Assembly (NCBI GenBank): GCA_028023455.1
Contig: JAQFVV010000007.1
Location: forward strand, 7,440,001 to 7,504,000
DNA length: 64,000 nucleotides
From: Epiperipatus broadwayi
Lineage: Eukaryota; Animalia; Onychophora
Direction: 5' to 3'
The notes below the pieces were generated by a model. The model saw only the letters and a program-made list of their open reading frames with translations. It did no database searches and was not told the DNA's origin. Both the position numbers and the translations under genes were made by a program. Of the stretch, positions 1 through 12,798 are shown in pieces; the stretch's first letter is position 1; each line of letters begins with the position of its first letter.

Positions 1-1667
1 TATTGGTAGGAAATTTATATCTGCAATAAGAAAAAAAGATGGAATTATTACTAAAAAGAGAGATGACATCATGAAATGTGTAGAAGACTTCTATCAAGAA
101 TTATATAATAATAAAGAACAAGTACCTCCTATACCTATTATATCTGCTGAATTGCCCAGAATTTTGAATGAGGAAGTGAGACATACAATTAAATTTATGA
201 AGAAAAAGAAGGCTCCAGGTAATGATGGAAGTATCATTGATATATTAAAAGAAGCAGGTGAAGAAATATACATTTTTTTAGCAAAGTTATATTCCCCATG
301 TCTAAATGATAATGATGTACCAGGTGATTGGAAGAATGCAGTATTAATAATAATATTTAAAAAAGGTGATAAAGAAGATATTAGAAATTACAGATCTATC
401 AGTCTTTTATCAGTTTTATACAAAATTTTTACTAAGCTAATTACAACTCGTATACTGAGAACACTGGACTTCCACCAGCCAAGAGAACAAGCTGGATTTA
501 AAAGTGGTTTTAGTACAGTAGATCATATCCAGGTATTGAGAGAAGTTATAGAAAAAACAAATGAATATGAGTTGCCATTATGCTTAGGATTTGTAGACTA
601 TGAAAAGGCATTTGATTTTATAAACATTTCTTTGGTGATTAAAGCATTGGATCATCAAGGTATAGATTCAGGATATTGTCATATTTTAAAGAATATTTAT
701 AAAAATGCAACAGCAACAAGTAGATTACATAATGATAGTAGGAAAGTCAATATTGAGAAGGGTGTAAGACAGGGTGACTCCATATCTCCAAAACTTTTTA
801 CAGCAGTGCTGCAAGAAATATTTTGTGGAATAAAATGGGAAGCTAAAGGAGTGAAAGTAAATGGAGATTATTTAAGTCATTTAGATTTTGCAGATGATGT
901 AGCTGTTTTTTGCAAGTAATGCTTTAGAGTCACAGGAAATGTTGCAGGAGTTATCAGATAAAAGTAAGAAAGTAAGACTAAAGATAAATGTTAAAAAGAC
1001 TAAAGTAATGTTTAATACATTTTCTCAAGATATGAAAATAAAGATTGATTATGATGAATTAGAAGAAGTTAACAGTTTTCAAATACCTTGGTCAGATTAT
1101 TAATACAGGTGGAAACATAATGGATGAAATTAATCATAGAATTAAACTTGGTTGGAATGCTTTTGATAGAAATAACTTGATACTAAAAGGAAATATGCCT
1201 ATGTGTTTGAAAGAGGTTTTTAATAAATGTGTTTTGCCATTTCTTACTTATGGATCTGAGACTTACACACTTAATAGAAGAGCAATACAAAGACTTCAGA
1301 CCACTCAAAGAAGTATGGAGAGATGCATATCAGGAGTAACAAGAAGAGATCAAAAATGCAATGTATGGGTAAGAGAACAAACAGGTCTTACTGATCTCCT
1401 TGAAAAAATTAAAAGACTGAAGTGGAGTTGGGCTGGACATATTTCTAGAAGAGATGATAATAGATGGACAATTGAAATTTTAAACTGGATTCCAAGAGAT
1501 TGTAAAAGACCCAGAAAGTGACCACATGTGAGATGGATGGATGAAATAAGAAAGTGTGCTGGGGTGATGTGGAGAAGAGAAGCTAAAGATCAGAAAAGAT
1601 GTACTGAACTTGGAGAAACCTTCATCCTGCAGTGGATTGATAATGGTTGATGATGATGATGATGATT
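1..1667 (+). mobile_element. RTE-clade LINE, 3' part (RT domain), disrupted by two frameshifts and a stop
   Basis: ORF 71-919 has RT motifs (KKAPGNDG, NYRSISLLSVLYKIFTK, QAGF, FVDYEKAFD, GVRQGDSISPKLF, LDFADD). The frame continues via frameshifts near 910 and 1080 to KYLGQ and ORF 1120-1521 (KWSWAGH), then FILQW-stop and a (GAT)n tail at 1646-1667. The 5' part lies outside the window. Confidence 0.93.
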
Positions 1668-1729
1668 AGATAGATTAGAAATTTATACACATAAAAAAAT
1701 TCTAAACAGCAATTAAATACATGAAGTCT

Positions 1730-1951
<222 letters not shown>

Positions 1952-2053
1952 TATGTGCTTAAAACAAAATACAAATAATAGGCAATTCTAAAAAAAATAA
2001 CTATTTATATTACCACCAGGAGTTGCTAAAAAATTATCCATAAACTAATAATA

Positions 2054-2298
2054 AATAATACCTGAAAACTTGAGATATTCAAGTTGATACAAAAAAATAT
2101 AAGAAATTTTTTTTTTTATTTATTTAATAGTACTAAGCCAGCTTTTGGTGAATTCTCACCAGCATCATGGTACAGATTGGAAACTATGATTCTGGTGAGA
2201 TTTCGTTGAAAACTGGCTTAGTGCTATTAAATAAATAAAATTTATGTTTTTTTATACTTTTGCATATCAACTTGCATATATCAAGTTTTCAAGTATTA
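2054..2298. mobile_element. Palindromic MITE-like hairpin
   Basis: Imperfect inverted arms of about 110 bp (gaaaacttgag...tagtactaagccagc versus actggcttagtgcta...tcaagttttc) around a loop of about 17 nt. Confidence 0.65.
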
Positions 2299-2446
2299 CA
2301 TAACTAAATAAAAAGAGATTAATGTTTGATATTTAAATATTTAGTAAAGTAAATTTGGATAAACAGTTTAAGTGCTTTTTTCTTTTAGTTCTAGCTCACA
2401 TACATCATCCTACCCCCAACAAAAACAACTCATTATATACTAGTTT

Positions 2447-2700
2447 ATCACATGATCACCATTTCTTATGCTTGCTCATAACTGAAAATATTATAATTAA
2501 AAATATTGTGTTTTCAATTTTATTCTCATAGTTTTGTAGTTAAGTAGAGATAAAAGATGGCTGCTGGAGGGTTGCATTAGATCCTAAGATCTAGGTGCAG
2601 TGCTCTCAGATCTAAGGCTCCTCACTGATAAAGCCTACAAGACAGAAACTAGTCTGGGAATATGGATTACTCTGGCTTGCACTGAGTGGCACTACTGTAT
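2447..2700 (+). mobile_element. Family C HHR-bearing repeat, copy 1
   Basis: Homologous to 40985-41212, 46640-46860, 52540-52680 and 60625-60880 (cagtgctctc...gcactactgta). Confidence 0.75.
2619..2660 (+). ncRNA. Degenerate minimal type I hammerhead ribozyme (family C)
   Basis: tcctca CTGATAA agcctacaagaca GAAA ctag TC tgggaa; core G8 is mutated to A. Confidence 0.55.
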
Positions 2701-3253
2701 GAAGAATTTTGCCTGTTTTTATATTCTAGTTTCATTTATAAGTGGTAATGCCATCTCTCCATCTAATTATAGAACTATTTTCTTTTCTTTCATTTGATGC
2801 TTTCAATACTAATATTCACAATAATAGATCACTCAATCCTTAGCTTATACAATGCATGATAAAACAAAAGTTTTTACTCCAGTGCAATCTATAATAAACT
2901 TGATTCTTCAGAAATTACAATGTAGTTGTTTTTGAAAGAACTTTAAGAAAACATTAAAATAACTTTTGGCAAAAACAAAAAAGTAGGATAAAAAGTTAAA
3001 TGCTAAAAGGACTAAATATTGCTTAGTGGCTTTTCTACAAAAGAGGAAAATAGAAAGAGAGAGTAAGAAAACCTGCAATAATGAATTACAAGACAATAGA
3101 GATGAAAACATAAATGGAATTTATCGTACAACTGAACTTGGATGGAGTGTATTTGTAGAAATAATTTAATACTAAAAGAAAGTAGCACTTGAAAAAAATA
3201 ACTTTCAATGAAGGTATTTTATCAATACTTATTTATAAATTTGAAAATTGGAT

Positions 3254-3356
3254 GTTTTTTTTTATGTGTCATAGCATCGGCCAGGAAGCAAATCCACTAA
3301 CCTCGGACAACTGCTTGTAAGGCAGTTTTGCTGACCACACAACCATTAACACTTGA
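3254..3356 (-). mobile_element. Short tRNA-derived SINE with A tail
   Basis: Flanked by a 12-bp TSD tgaaaattggat (3242-3253, 3357-3368). Anticodon-like arm actgc-cttacaa-gcagt; 3' end ccgatgctatgacac+An is shared with the copy at 33165. Confidence 0.75.
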
Positions 3357-3399
3357 TGAAAATTGGATAATTGATAGAAAAATACAACATTTTTGAATC

Positions 3400-3705
3400 A
3401 CATAATAAAGTAAAGAGTGATGAATATTGAGATTAGTAAGAATAATAACAAAAATGAAGAACATGAGTGAAAAAATGAAAATAAATAAAGGGCATCATTT
3501 AAAGAATTCAAACATGAAAATGGAATTGGCCTGTATATCTGACTAGAGAAAATAACAATAAACAAACAATTTATATTCTAAAATAAATCCTAAGATTTAA
3601 GTTTACATACAAAATGAATGGATGAAATTGGAAGATTTTTGAAGATTAAACTGAGAAAAATATTCAATCTGCAGTGGATTGTTAAAGGTTAAGATGATGA
3701 AAATG
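3400..3705 (+). mobile_element. Old decayed 3' fragment of an RTE LINE
   Basis: 3' end atctgcagtggattgttaaaggttaagatgatga resembles 1625-1660; a KW..A..S-like remnant lies near 3515. Confidence 0.55.
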
Positions 3706-3792
3706 ATACACAAATAAAAGTCAGCAAAAAAGTTATAAAATGAAATCAAAATTATTATAATAGAAGTAAAAAATACTTTGCATATACAATAT

Positions 3793-4180
3793 ATGTAAAT
3801 GGGAAAATATGGGTGATTTATTTTGTAAATTGTCTAAGGAAGGAATAGAAAATATTAGACATTTGTTAATTGAATGTAAATGTTTGAAAAGAGAAAAGGT
3901 ACATATAATAAAGTTGTGGAAAAATAAATATGAAAAGAGTGATTATACAGAAAGTGAATTATTGGTTTTTATGCTGGGTTTGGGAAAAGATAAGGGGGAT
4001 TTAGATATAAAGGTTATAGAGTTGACAAAGATTATGTTGTGGAAATGGGATAGAGCAGAATATGGGTAAATTTAGAGTGTGGAATGTAAAATAAAATGGC
4101 TAACAGGTTTATCTAGGCATAATTGCTGAGATATTCTTGACTTCATTTAAGGAAAAGCCATAATACATCACATCACATCA
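3793..4180 (+). mobile_element. 3' end of a non-LTR retrotransposon with C-terminal CCHC knuckle (family E)
   Basis: ORF 3809-4069 contains CKLSKEGIENIRHLLIEC (C-x2-C...H-x4-C remnant), followed by an (ACATC)n tail; homologous to 41428-41700 and 48170-48950. Confidence 0.75.
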
Positions 4181-4188
4181 ATCTAAAT

Positions 4189-4373
4189 CAGTGGTTTTCA
4201 AACTTCCTAATGCTGTGATCCTTTAATACATGTCCTTATATTGTGGTGATCCCCAACCTGTAATTTTGTTACTGTTATGAATCGAAAATATGTGTTTTCC
4301 AATGGTTATGTGACCACTGTGAAAGGGTTAATTGACCTCAAACAAATCATGAACCACAGGTTGAGAACGGCTG
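4189..4373. mobile_element. hAT MITE, SPIN/URR1-like
   Basis: TIRs cagtggttttcaaac...ggttgagaacggctg; perfect 8-bp TSD atctaaat (4181-4188, 4374-4381). The internal sequence matches my recollection of the URR1/SPIN non-autonomous consensus. Confidence 0.85.
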
Positions 4374-5585
4374 ATCTAAATAAAGCAATGCAGATATAAT
4401 TGCCATATTTAAATAGAACTGAACAGCAAAATACTGATACAGATTTGGCATAGTTGTGAAAAAATCTTTTGTAGAGGATTTTAAAAATTCTATTTACTGC
4501 CAAAATTATTTGACTTCACTATTTATAACTTGGGTATTATTTTATAATGAAAAAAAGAAAGTAAGTAAAATAGCCGAGATAATAAAACAAAAGATTATAC
4601 ACTGTTTATTTGACCAATTTGTAATATGCTGGAACAAGTATAATAGCATAAGCAAAAATTATGTCAAGTTTTTATTTTATTTTAATGTTCATACCATACC
4701 TGTTTTTTTAATTATATAAACATCTATTCCTTGTACAGTTGAACAGAGTGGTCATGTGGCCGAGTCAAGAGCTAAAAATTCTTGTTTCTAACCTTATTGG
4801 AATGAAGTAAAAAAAAAAGATCAATTGAACTAAACTATTAAGCTCAACTAACTTTTTGGATGCTCAAATGTCATGTGACCTCTAAAGTAATTACTTTATT
4901 AGAATGATTTACATTGCATTTACTAACTTTAAATATGTGCGGCCACTTTATTGTAAATGTTACTATCATTAGCTACTATGTTGCTTTTTTAATACTTTCT
5001 AGTCTTTACATTAGAATGGAACATTAAGCTTAGAGCAGTCATAAGATAGGCAACTCTGGAACCCAAGGACTATGAATCATGATCCAATTCTACCACTTCC
5101 TGTGCTCCAACTGCTTATGACCTCCTGAATGTAAGGTACTTGATTAGTTTGCCCTGAATGGTTTAGTATACAGATAGAATGGAATCTGAAATTTAAATTC
5201 CATGGATCATAAACTCAACTCTGCCATTTTTGATCTTCAATTTCTAAAAAAATAAGCCATGCAATTATTTTTGAACTGGTTGGTTTAATAATGGGGTGAA
5301 GTGATGGAATCTAAACCTTAACATTCATGAGTCAAGGATACACTTATATTCATTCTAGGACTTAAAACTTCTTAGGAATTCCCAACCAATAATTTATTTG
5401 ATTACTTTAGATGTGCATACTTTATGCAGTGGCAGAAACTAGAACTTAAGAACTCTGCAACACAGCTCAAATTATGTCAGTTTTGGTACTCAAATTTCTT
5501 GTGACCTCCTAAGGAATTATGTCACTAAATAATTTTGCACATATACACACTCACAGTCAAATTAACTCCACTACTTATTAAAAGT

Positions 5586-5654
5586 TGCCCTAGCACAGTG
5601 GTAGAATATGAAACTCAGGAATGTGGAGTCCTGGGATCGATTGCGGCGCTGGCA
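5586..5654 (+). pseudogene. Decayed tRNA-like / SINE head
   Basis: A-box-like TAGCACAGTGG (5591-5601) and B-box-like GGGATCGATT (5633-5642); no convincing cloverleaf. Confidence 0.35.
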
Positions 5655-6734
5655 TTGCCAGAGATGGAACTTTTTATGAACTCTCGAACAATTATAATGT
5701 GATTAAAAAAATGAATTTAAGTGTTTCTAGCTATAAATAGCTCTACTATATGGTTAACAGATATGGATAGGGGTGGAACCAAACAATAAAATGTGGAAAA
5801 ATTAAGACAAGACTTGATCTATATTAATGTTACAGAATCAATCTTTATATTAATATTTCATTTGTTGTTTATTATTTAAAAACAAAAATCAGTGTTGTTG
5901 TTCTAGAAATCAATACATATATATTACTAAAATAATATGAAGTTTATAAATAAAAAAAGGCAAAATGTTTTTCTTGTTCAAAATACTGCTTAATGGCTCT
6001 AATTCTTAGAAAATCTTTTCTTTTTTTTTTCTTCTTGTTTTTATAATTGGCTGTCTACAAACATAAAAACACCATTAGTTACATTAAAATTAAGTCAAAG
6101 ATGGAATTATATTACAACATAAAGATTTGTTTTCTCTTTAGACGCAATAAATGGTTTTCTTAAACGGCCACGCATCATCTCTACCAGTGATTCTTCTCCA
6201 ATCCAATATATTAATGTCTTTAAGTCATGCAAATACATGCAAAAACATCCATGCGAGTCATTATTAAAATCATTAGACCAGTAGCAAACATTTTTTTTCC
6301 ATTTTTTATTTTCAAAAATAATAACATTTCTCTCCGTCATAAACTTGACATTTATGAGGATTTCTACTGTTGTAAATTAAAACTTTGTTAAAGTAAAGTT
6401 TTTATGATTTGTAAATTAATAATGAATGCTGAAATCCGATTACAAATTTTTCATACTAAACACATACATAGAGACATATATTACGATAAATCAATTACAC
6501 AGGTCATCTCATATATTGTTAAAGTGTGTGCAGAAAGATGGAGATTTTAAAAGTATATACATAAATGGACAAAAACTAGTCACAACCTTGGTGAGACTGG
6601 TACAGTAAAAAATACTGAGAAGTCAATATGGGTATGCAGAAAGAGGTATTTGATGCTTCTGATTAACTTGATGTGTGAAGATTACTAGTAACATGCATCC
6701 ATGATGAAAAGTAATAGTTCTTTGCAATATGTCT

Positions 6735-7020
6735 ATTTTCCTTTATTCCCTTATCTACTCTTTCCTATTTCTATTTCTCTATAAAATATAATTTCACCCA
6801 TCTTTTTTCTCCTTTATTCCCTTTGCTATTCTCTCCAATTTCTATATGCTATAGAATTTAATTTTCTTCATCTTTTCCCCCTTATTCTCTTAGCTATGTT
6901 CTCCTATTTCTATCCTCTATAAAATTTAATTTCACCCATCTTTTTCCTTTATTTTCTTAGCTACTCTCTCCTATTTCTATCCTCTATAGAATTTAATTTC
7001 CTCCATCTTCTTTATGCTAT
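6735..7020. repeat. Degenerate tandem repeat, about 4 units of about 73 bp
   Basis: Recurring ctcctatttctatcctctata...aatttaatttc...catcttttt units. Confidence 0.75.
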
Positions 7021-7790
7021 TACTTTATTTATCATATAATTGCTCATCCAAACTTTTTTCTTATATATATTTTATAACTGAATAAAATTTATTTTGTGAA
7101 TAATTTATGCATATTTTCTTATCCAACAACTCCAATATTCTCTATTAATTTTTCAATTATTCATTTCATTCTTATTTGACTTTTCCATATTTTTTAAAAG
7201 GTAACCTTCTACCTCATCCAAATATACACACTCTAATTCTATTTCTAATCCAAGTTTAAATCAAAATATAACATAAATAAAATGTTATTCTCATCACCTG
7301 GAGTTCTAAATGTAAATAATTCAGTTGAGATTTTTTCAACGATGTGATCATCATTAATGAAATACTATCTGCACCAATCATTCACTTTAATCATTTCTTA
7401 CCCCCAACCTATAATTCTTAAAATTTTTATTATTATTTCTATTTTAATGCAATATTCCAATTCATCATTAACCTTATCCAACTATTTTTATAATATTTTA
7501 GCACTTTTTCATTTATTCAGACATGATTTTTATTTCATCACCTTTTCCATAACTAGTCAATTTAATACCTAAAATATAACCAGATCTTTTGGAAATGTTT
7601 TCAGACTTACCACTGGTCTATCATTTCAATATATTCAAATCCCCTTTCACTTTTATTTCATTGCTTGCATTAAACATGAAAAACCACACTACTTTTAATG
7701 CACTTTCTACAATGCTTAGTTTCAATCACCTAGAAGACATCATCAGAATTTTTACCAAACATCTTTTCCAGTATATAATCAATTAAAAAA
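7020..7790 (-). mobile_element. Decayed LINE ORF2 C-terminal fragment (family E-like)
   Basis: Minus-strand remnants LKLSI...KVVWF...ILGIKL (RT thumb) and EQLYD, the latter matching ELIYDNS in the 48.6-kb copy. Confidence 0.5.
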
Positions 7791-8329
7791 GTTTTGTTAT
7801 GAAATCTGATAAAGACTGCAAGGCATTTAAAACTGTCTTAAATAAGACATTGTGGAAATGCTTTGAAAGAGTGGATTTTAAATAATTTACAAGAGTGATA
7901 GATATTAATCTTTTTTCTTTGTAATAATATTTTAAACATTTAAGTCATTATAACTACTTTTGCAACTGGTTGGTTTGATCTTCATTTTCTTATAATCAAT
8001 CCACTTTATCATGCTGAGATGTATAATATCTAGTCTTTTCCTTTCAATGACAAATTTACATATTTTAGCTTGACCATTTTTATAACATTCTATGTGCAGA
8101 TTCTTATGTTAACTTCTAACTATAGTAATTATAAATGGATGAATATAATCAATCCCAAAATTCAATAGTTCTGCTGAAGTAGTTTTCCCATTTGCCTTCT
8201 CCAGCCAACCCTACTTATACTTCTACATTGAAACACATAAAACAAAAATCCAATGTGTTATATATATTGAAGAACAGATTTTCATTGATAAATATGTTAA
8301 ATTGAAAGTTTTCATGGGTAAGAAGATTT

Positions 8330-9075
8330 CAAGTGTTTGATACCTTTCATCATAAATAGTATTCTGTTTCATGAACAGGTCCAGAGAGTATTCACATCAT
8401 CAATTCATTCATTTTTCCATTCTTTTCATTATCCAGCTCAATTCCATATAACTCTTCACATCTCTTATATTGTCCAACAATATCAATATTTTACATTCTT
8501 TCTTCTTGATTCCATTTATTACTCCCTGCAAAACATCTTTCATTAAACTATCCTTTCTTTTTTAATATATGTTCAATCCAGTTTCCTTTCTCTTTCTGAT
8601 TTCCTCAATTGATCTTCTTTTTTCATTTACTTTTTCCAAAACTTCATTTGTTATTTTATTCATTCAATTAATGTTTTTCATTCATCTCCCTGTCCACATC
8701 TCAAAGACTTCCAACCTGCTTCTAATTTTATTACTTACTGACCACATTTCATAACCATGCAATAGTACATTCTACACATAGCATTTAATTAATCTTTTTT
8801 TAAATTCTCTCTTCAAACATTTCCAAAATATTTTCTTTCTCTTAATAAAGGTCTTTTTTGCCACTGCTATTCTTGTTTTAGCTTCATCTTCTCTTCTTCC
8901 ATTCTCACTCAACCAGCTACCCAAATATCTAAATCCCTTTACCTACTGAACTATATTATCATAAATGCATTCTTTCCTATCCATAAACACATAGTTTCCT
9001 CAACATTAATCTTCATTCCATATTCCATATATCCTTATTCCATTTCAACATATTCTGAAGACATTTTTCATCCTA
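8330..9075 (-). mobile_element. RTE-clade LINE 3' fragment (second RTE family)
   Basis: Minus-strand translation gives YGMKINVEET...FRYLGSWLSENG...RIAVAKKTF...LLHGYEMW...RLEVFEMW with stops; 3' end gacctgttcatgaaacagaatactatttatgatga. Confidence 0.85.
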
Positions 9076-11057
9076 AGCTATAATAGCTTTTAACTCATGT
9101 AACAATAGAAGGTTCATCATAGAATGCATATATAAGGAGTGGTTTGGGAACCTGTTCCAGTGAATGGTCGCAAAACAGTGAAGATAAAATGATGGATGAA
9201 CTGATAAAAAAAAACTTGAATTTGACAGGAAAACATTTTTCTCTCATGTTAATATCTGCCATAATAATTGAAGTTTCATCATTATTAAAGTGATAATTTA
9301 TATTTTTGTTTTCAATTCTAGGTTTGTAATTTACACATACACAAATATTCAACATGTTTTAATGTCCTGCAAAGTATAGTGTGGAAATAAAGTGGCAGAC
9401 TTTGAAACTGAAGACTCACAGATGAATGCCATCTTTTATTACTTCCAATACTCAAATTTCTTGTAAACTAGCAATAAAGCCATATGATTGTATTACTATG
9501 TTATTTTGTTGTTATATTTATAACAAAACTGATATATTAAGTGTATATGCTGAAACAAACTATTTGTAAAATGCATATATATATATATATATTTCTTTTT
9601 AAAATGCATATATATATATATATATTTCTTTTTGTCAAAACCTAAACTGAAATAAATTCACTAAAATAAAAATTCAGAGCAGAGAGTTAATAATGAAATA
9701 CTCCAGTAGAGAGTCCAAAATCTATTCTTTTCAATTGTAGTCTCAAAGTTATGATTTTTCATAATTATGATATAGATTCCAAACTCTAAAGCAGAACTTT
9801 CTTCTAAACATGATCCATTCACAGGTCACATGGGATCTGCAGTAAGAGTTTCCACAGCTGGCCCAGAGGTTTTGAGAGACAATTTCAATTGAATGCATAT
9901 TAAGTATTTTAATTCTATTACTAATTAATAACCATGATGTTGATTTTATTGCCTGGTGTTTTTATTTCATTGTACATTTAAATAATTTTCAAATATAACC
10001 TGATCCAATACATAGGCTATGAGCATTCATGTTGAATGTACATGTGATTAGCATATAATTAATTCTATATTTGTTTTGGGTGCAGTCCTAGAATAAACAT
10101 TTTTTTAATGCAGTTCATGGGACACATAAGAATGAATAGCCTTGCTCTTAAAGACTGAATTGCATATATAATAAATGGAGATTCAAAAAATAAAGCAGTT
10201 TGTTATCAGATTGCTTATTGGTTGCATTTATCTCTTAACCCCGTTTTTTTCTTTATTCATAGATAACAGCATTATTACTTTCTGCATTTGACTCATAGTT
10301 CAAACTCCAGTAGTATCTTTAGAACTAAAGAAAATGAAGCCATTAATTAAAAGCTTTGTATTCTGAAAAGCCAAAAGTACATTTTTTTTTTTTTACAGTC
10401 CTCGTCCATTACACGCGCGCGCATACACACTATCTCGATTACCTTGTTTAACTATTATTATATTTTAGATCTAATTGCCATATATTAATTATCTATTTAT
10501 GTCATTAGATAACTGGGATAATATTAATTTTAATAAAATTACTATTTAGTACGATATGTCTGTTTTCATGAGATATATATAAAGACTATAAATGCTTTTA
10601 ATTTCTAAATTTGGATAAAATCTAGGTCAGTGGTTTATTCATCTATGAAAAGAAATAAAATGAGAAATTAAAAAAAAGGAAAAACATTTGACATAAATCA
10701 AAAATTTAAATACTGCATCAATGAATTAAAAAATAGCAAACGGATTGAATTTAGCAATATCCCCACCCCTAATAATCAAAAATAATGTAAATTCGAAATA
10801 TTTATAAAATAAATTTCAAATTTAATTATTAGTTTTCTGCAAAAGAATGGGGAAGAGATTACAGAGGGGGAAGGGGATACTTAACATCAAATTTTCATAT
10901 ATAATTTTTTTTTAAAAAAGTTAACATCTAGTGAACAACTTTAATAATAGTTTTTTTTAAATCAATTACTTCTGCTTACTTTAGCTTGTGCTGCATTAGC
11001 CCTATCTCCACTGCACTTTGATTATGCTAAAGAATCAACTTCAAGGGATTTGGACTT

Positions 11058-11400
11058 TTCATCATCAGATTTTCAGTGGTATGGATGGCTGAAGAGTTGG
11101 AGATTGGAGTAGATTGAAGCCTATTCATTAAAGTATGAAGATTTGCTATCTTAATATAACTGAACAGTGATTATATATATATGTGTAGAGATGATAATCT
11201 GGACCATCTGATTAGTGCTGGCTTAGCACAAAATACACTATTGTTGATTATTTATCTTTTCTACATGTGTGTGGTCATGGGTATCAGTGGCCTGAGATAG
11301 TGTAAATAGTTGATGGGTACTTGAAAGACTGAGTTCAAATCCCCTACATTTATAAATTACTATACATGCTTCAGAATGTCTTTTTACAATGTTATTTAAT
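11058..11400 (+). mobile_element. Family A HHR repeat, single degenerate copy
   Basis: HHR at 11188-11256 with the core mutated to CTGATTA/AAAA and stem II GTGCT-GGCTT-AGCAC intact. Confidence 0.85.
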
Positions 11401-11574
11401 ATTTTCCAATGCAATCCTGAACAGGAACACATTATTGTTAAAGTTATATTTATTGGATTTACTAATAAAGTAGTCAAACATAGAGTTTTTGTACTGAAGA
11501 GCTATAATTTATGTGTTGTGATTGTAAAATGTTTATTTTTTTTTTAAATGTTATAAATTTAATCTTTTTCAATA

Positions 11575-12334
11575 TACACCAGTCTAAATGTGTTTTTCAT
11601 TTTTCAAAGTAGTTTGAAAATACTTGCAATGTGATGCCTTTTAAGGTCTCTGTCATTTTTTCCCCATCACTTCATTCGAGAGATTGAAAAAAAAATCACA
11701 CGAAGTAAGATCGAGCAAATATGGGTAATAAATAAGATGGATCATGCTGAATTTATTTAAAAAGTGTTTCACATTCAAGCATTGCAAGATCACATTTTGT
11801 GGGGTGAAGTTTGCACTCTTTTCTTCATCAAAAAACAGGATGTTTGCATTTTATCACATCATGTAAATGTTTTGAACATGCAGATGAAATGCCTAACTGT
11901 TACCAACTAAATATGAGAGAAAAATGCTATTTGCATAAAAAAATCAGCATTGTTTTGACTTTGGACGTCACTTACAACACTTTTTAGGGTCATGGTAAAT
12001 TTAACATTTCAATTAAACCACTCATAAACTTGTGTTTTTGAAAGATCAGCATTTTTGGAATCTGTTTCAAGCAATACAACTTTTTTCCTTGTTGTTTTCT
12101 GTAAATAAAAACAGAATTTTACATTGTCAAACTTTTCAGCTATTATAAAAAAATTGACAAAAATGCAAAATGAACTTTTCAAAACAATGTGTTACATGGT
12201 CCCATGATTTCACATGGTTGTCATTTGACTGATTGATGCAGAGGGGTTCTTGTAAGAAGTATGTAACAGTTGAAGCTTATACTAAAATAGGCACACAAAC
12301 CAGAGAATGATTTGTTCTTTTTGGATCCCCCTCA
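11575..12334 (-). mobile_element. Decayed, internally deleted mariner element
   Basis: TIR-like TA|tgagggggatccaaaaag at 12317-12336; minus-strand PYLLDLTSCDFFF at about 11690-11725 resembles the mariner PYSPDLAPCDFFLF motif. Confidence 0.7.
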
Positions 12335-12690
12335 TATGTGCAGACATTCTTAACCTCAGGATAAATATTTCTTTTAACTAAAAGCTATTTATACAATTGT
12401 AATTTATTGATTTCTTATTATCTGTTATTCATTTCCAATTCAGAATCATCAAATCATTTTCAGGAGCTCCACTATATATTTTTTCTCCTTCCATCTTATA
12501 TTAGTAAATGCTCTTTTCATTACTTCAAAATCCTATCCTCCCATTTCCTGATTATCAGAGAATTGAAGTGCCATCTAAAGAGTCTTACTTGAAATATGAT
12601 AATTAATATATTTCTCATGTAAATCAGAAAAGATCATTCAACAGTGATTCAAAAAATTAAGTGAATATAAAAAAAAACTTTCCACAGCAT

Positions 12691-12798
12691 ACATAAATAT
12701 AGGGGATTTGAACACAGACTTTCAAGTCACTACAACCATACACACTATCTCACACTATTGATACACATGATCACACACATGCAGAAAAGACAAATAAT
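12691..12798 (-). mobile_element. Family A 3' fragment (no HHR core)
   Basis: Reverse complement of 11250-11350. Confidence 0.75.
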
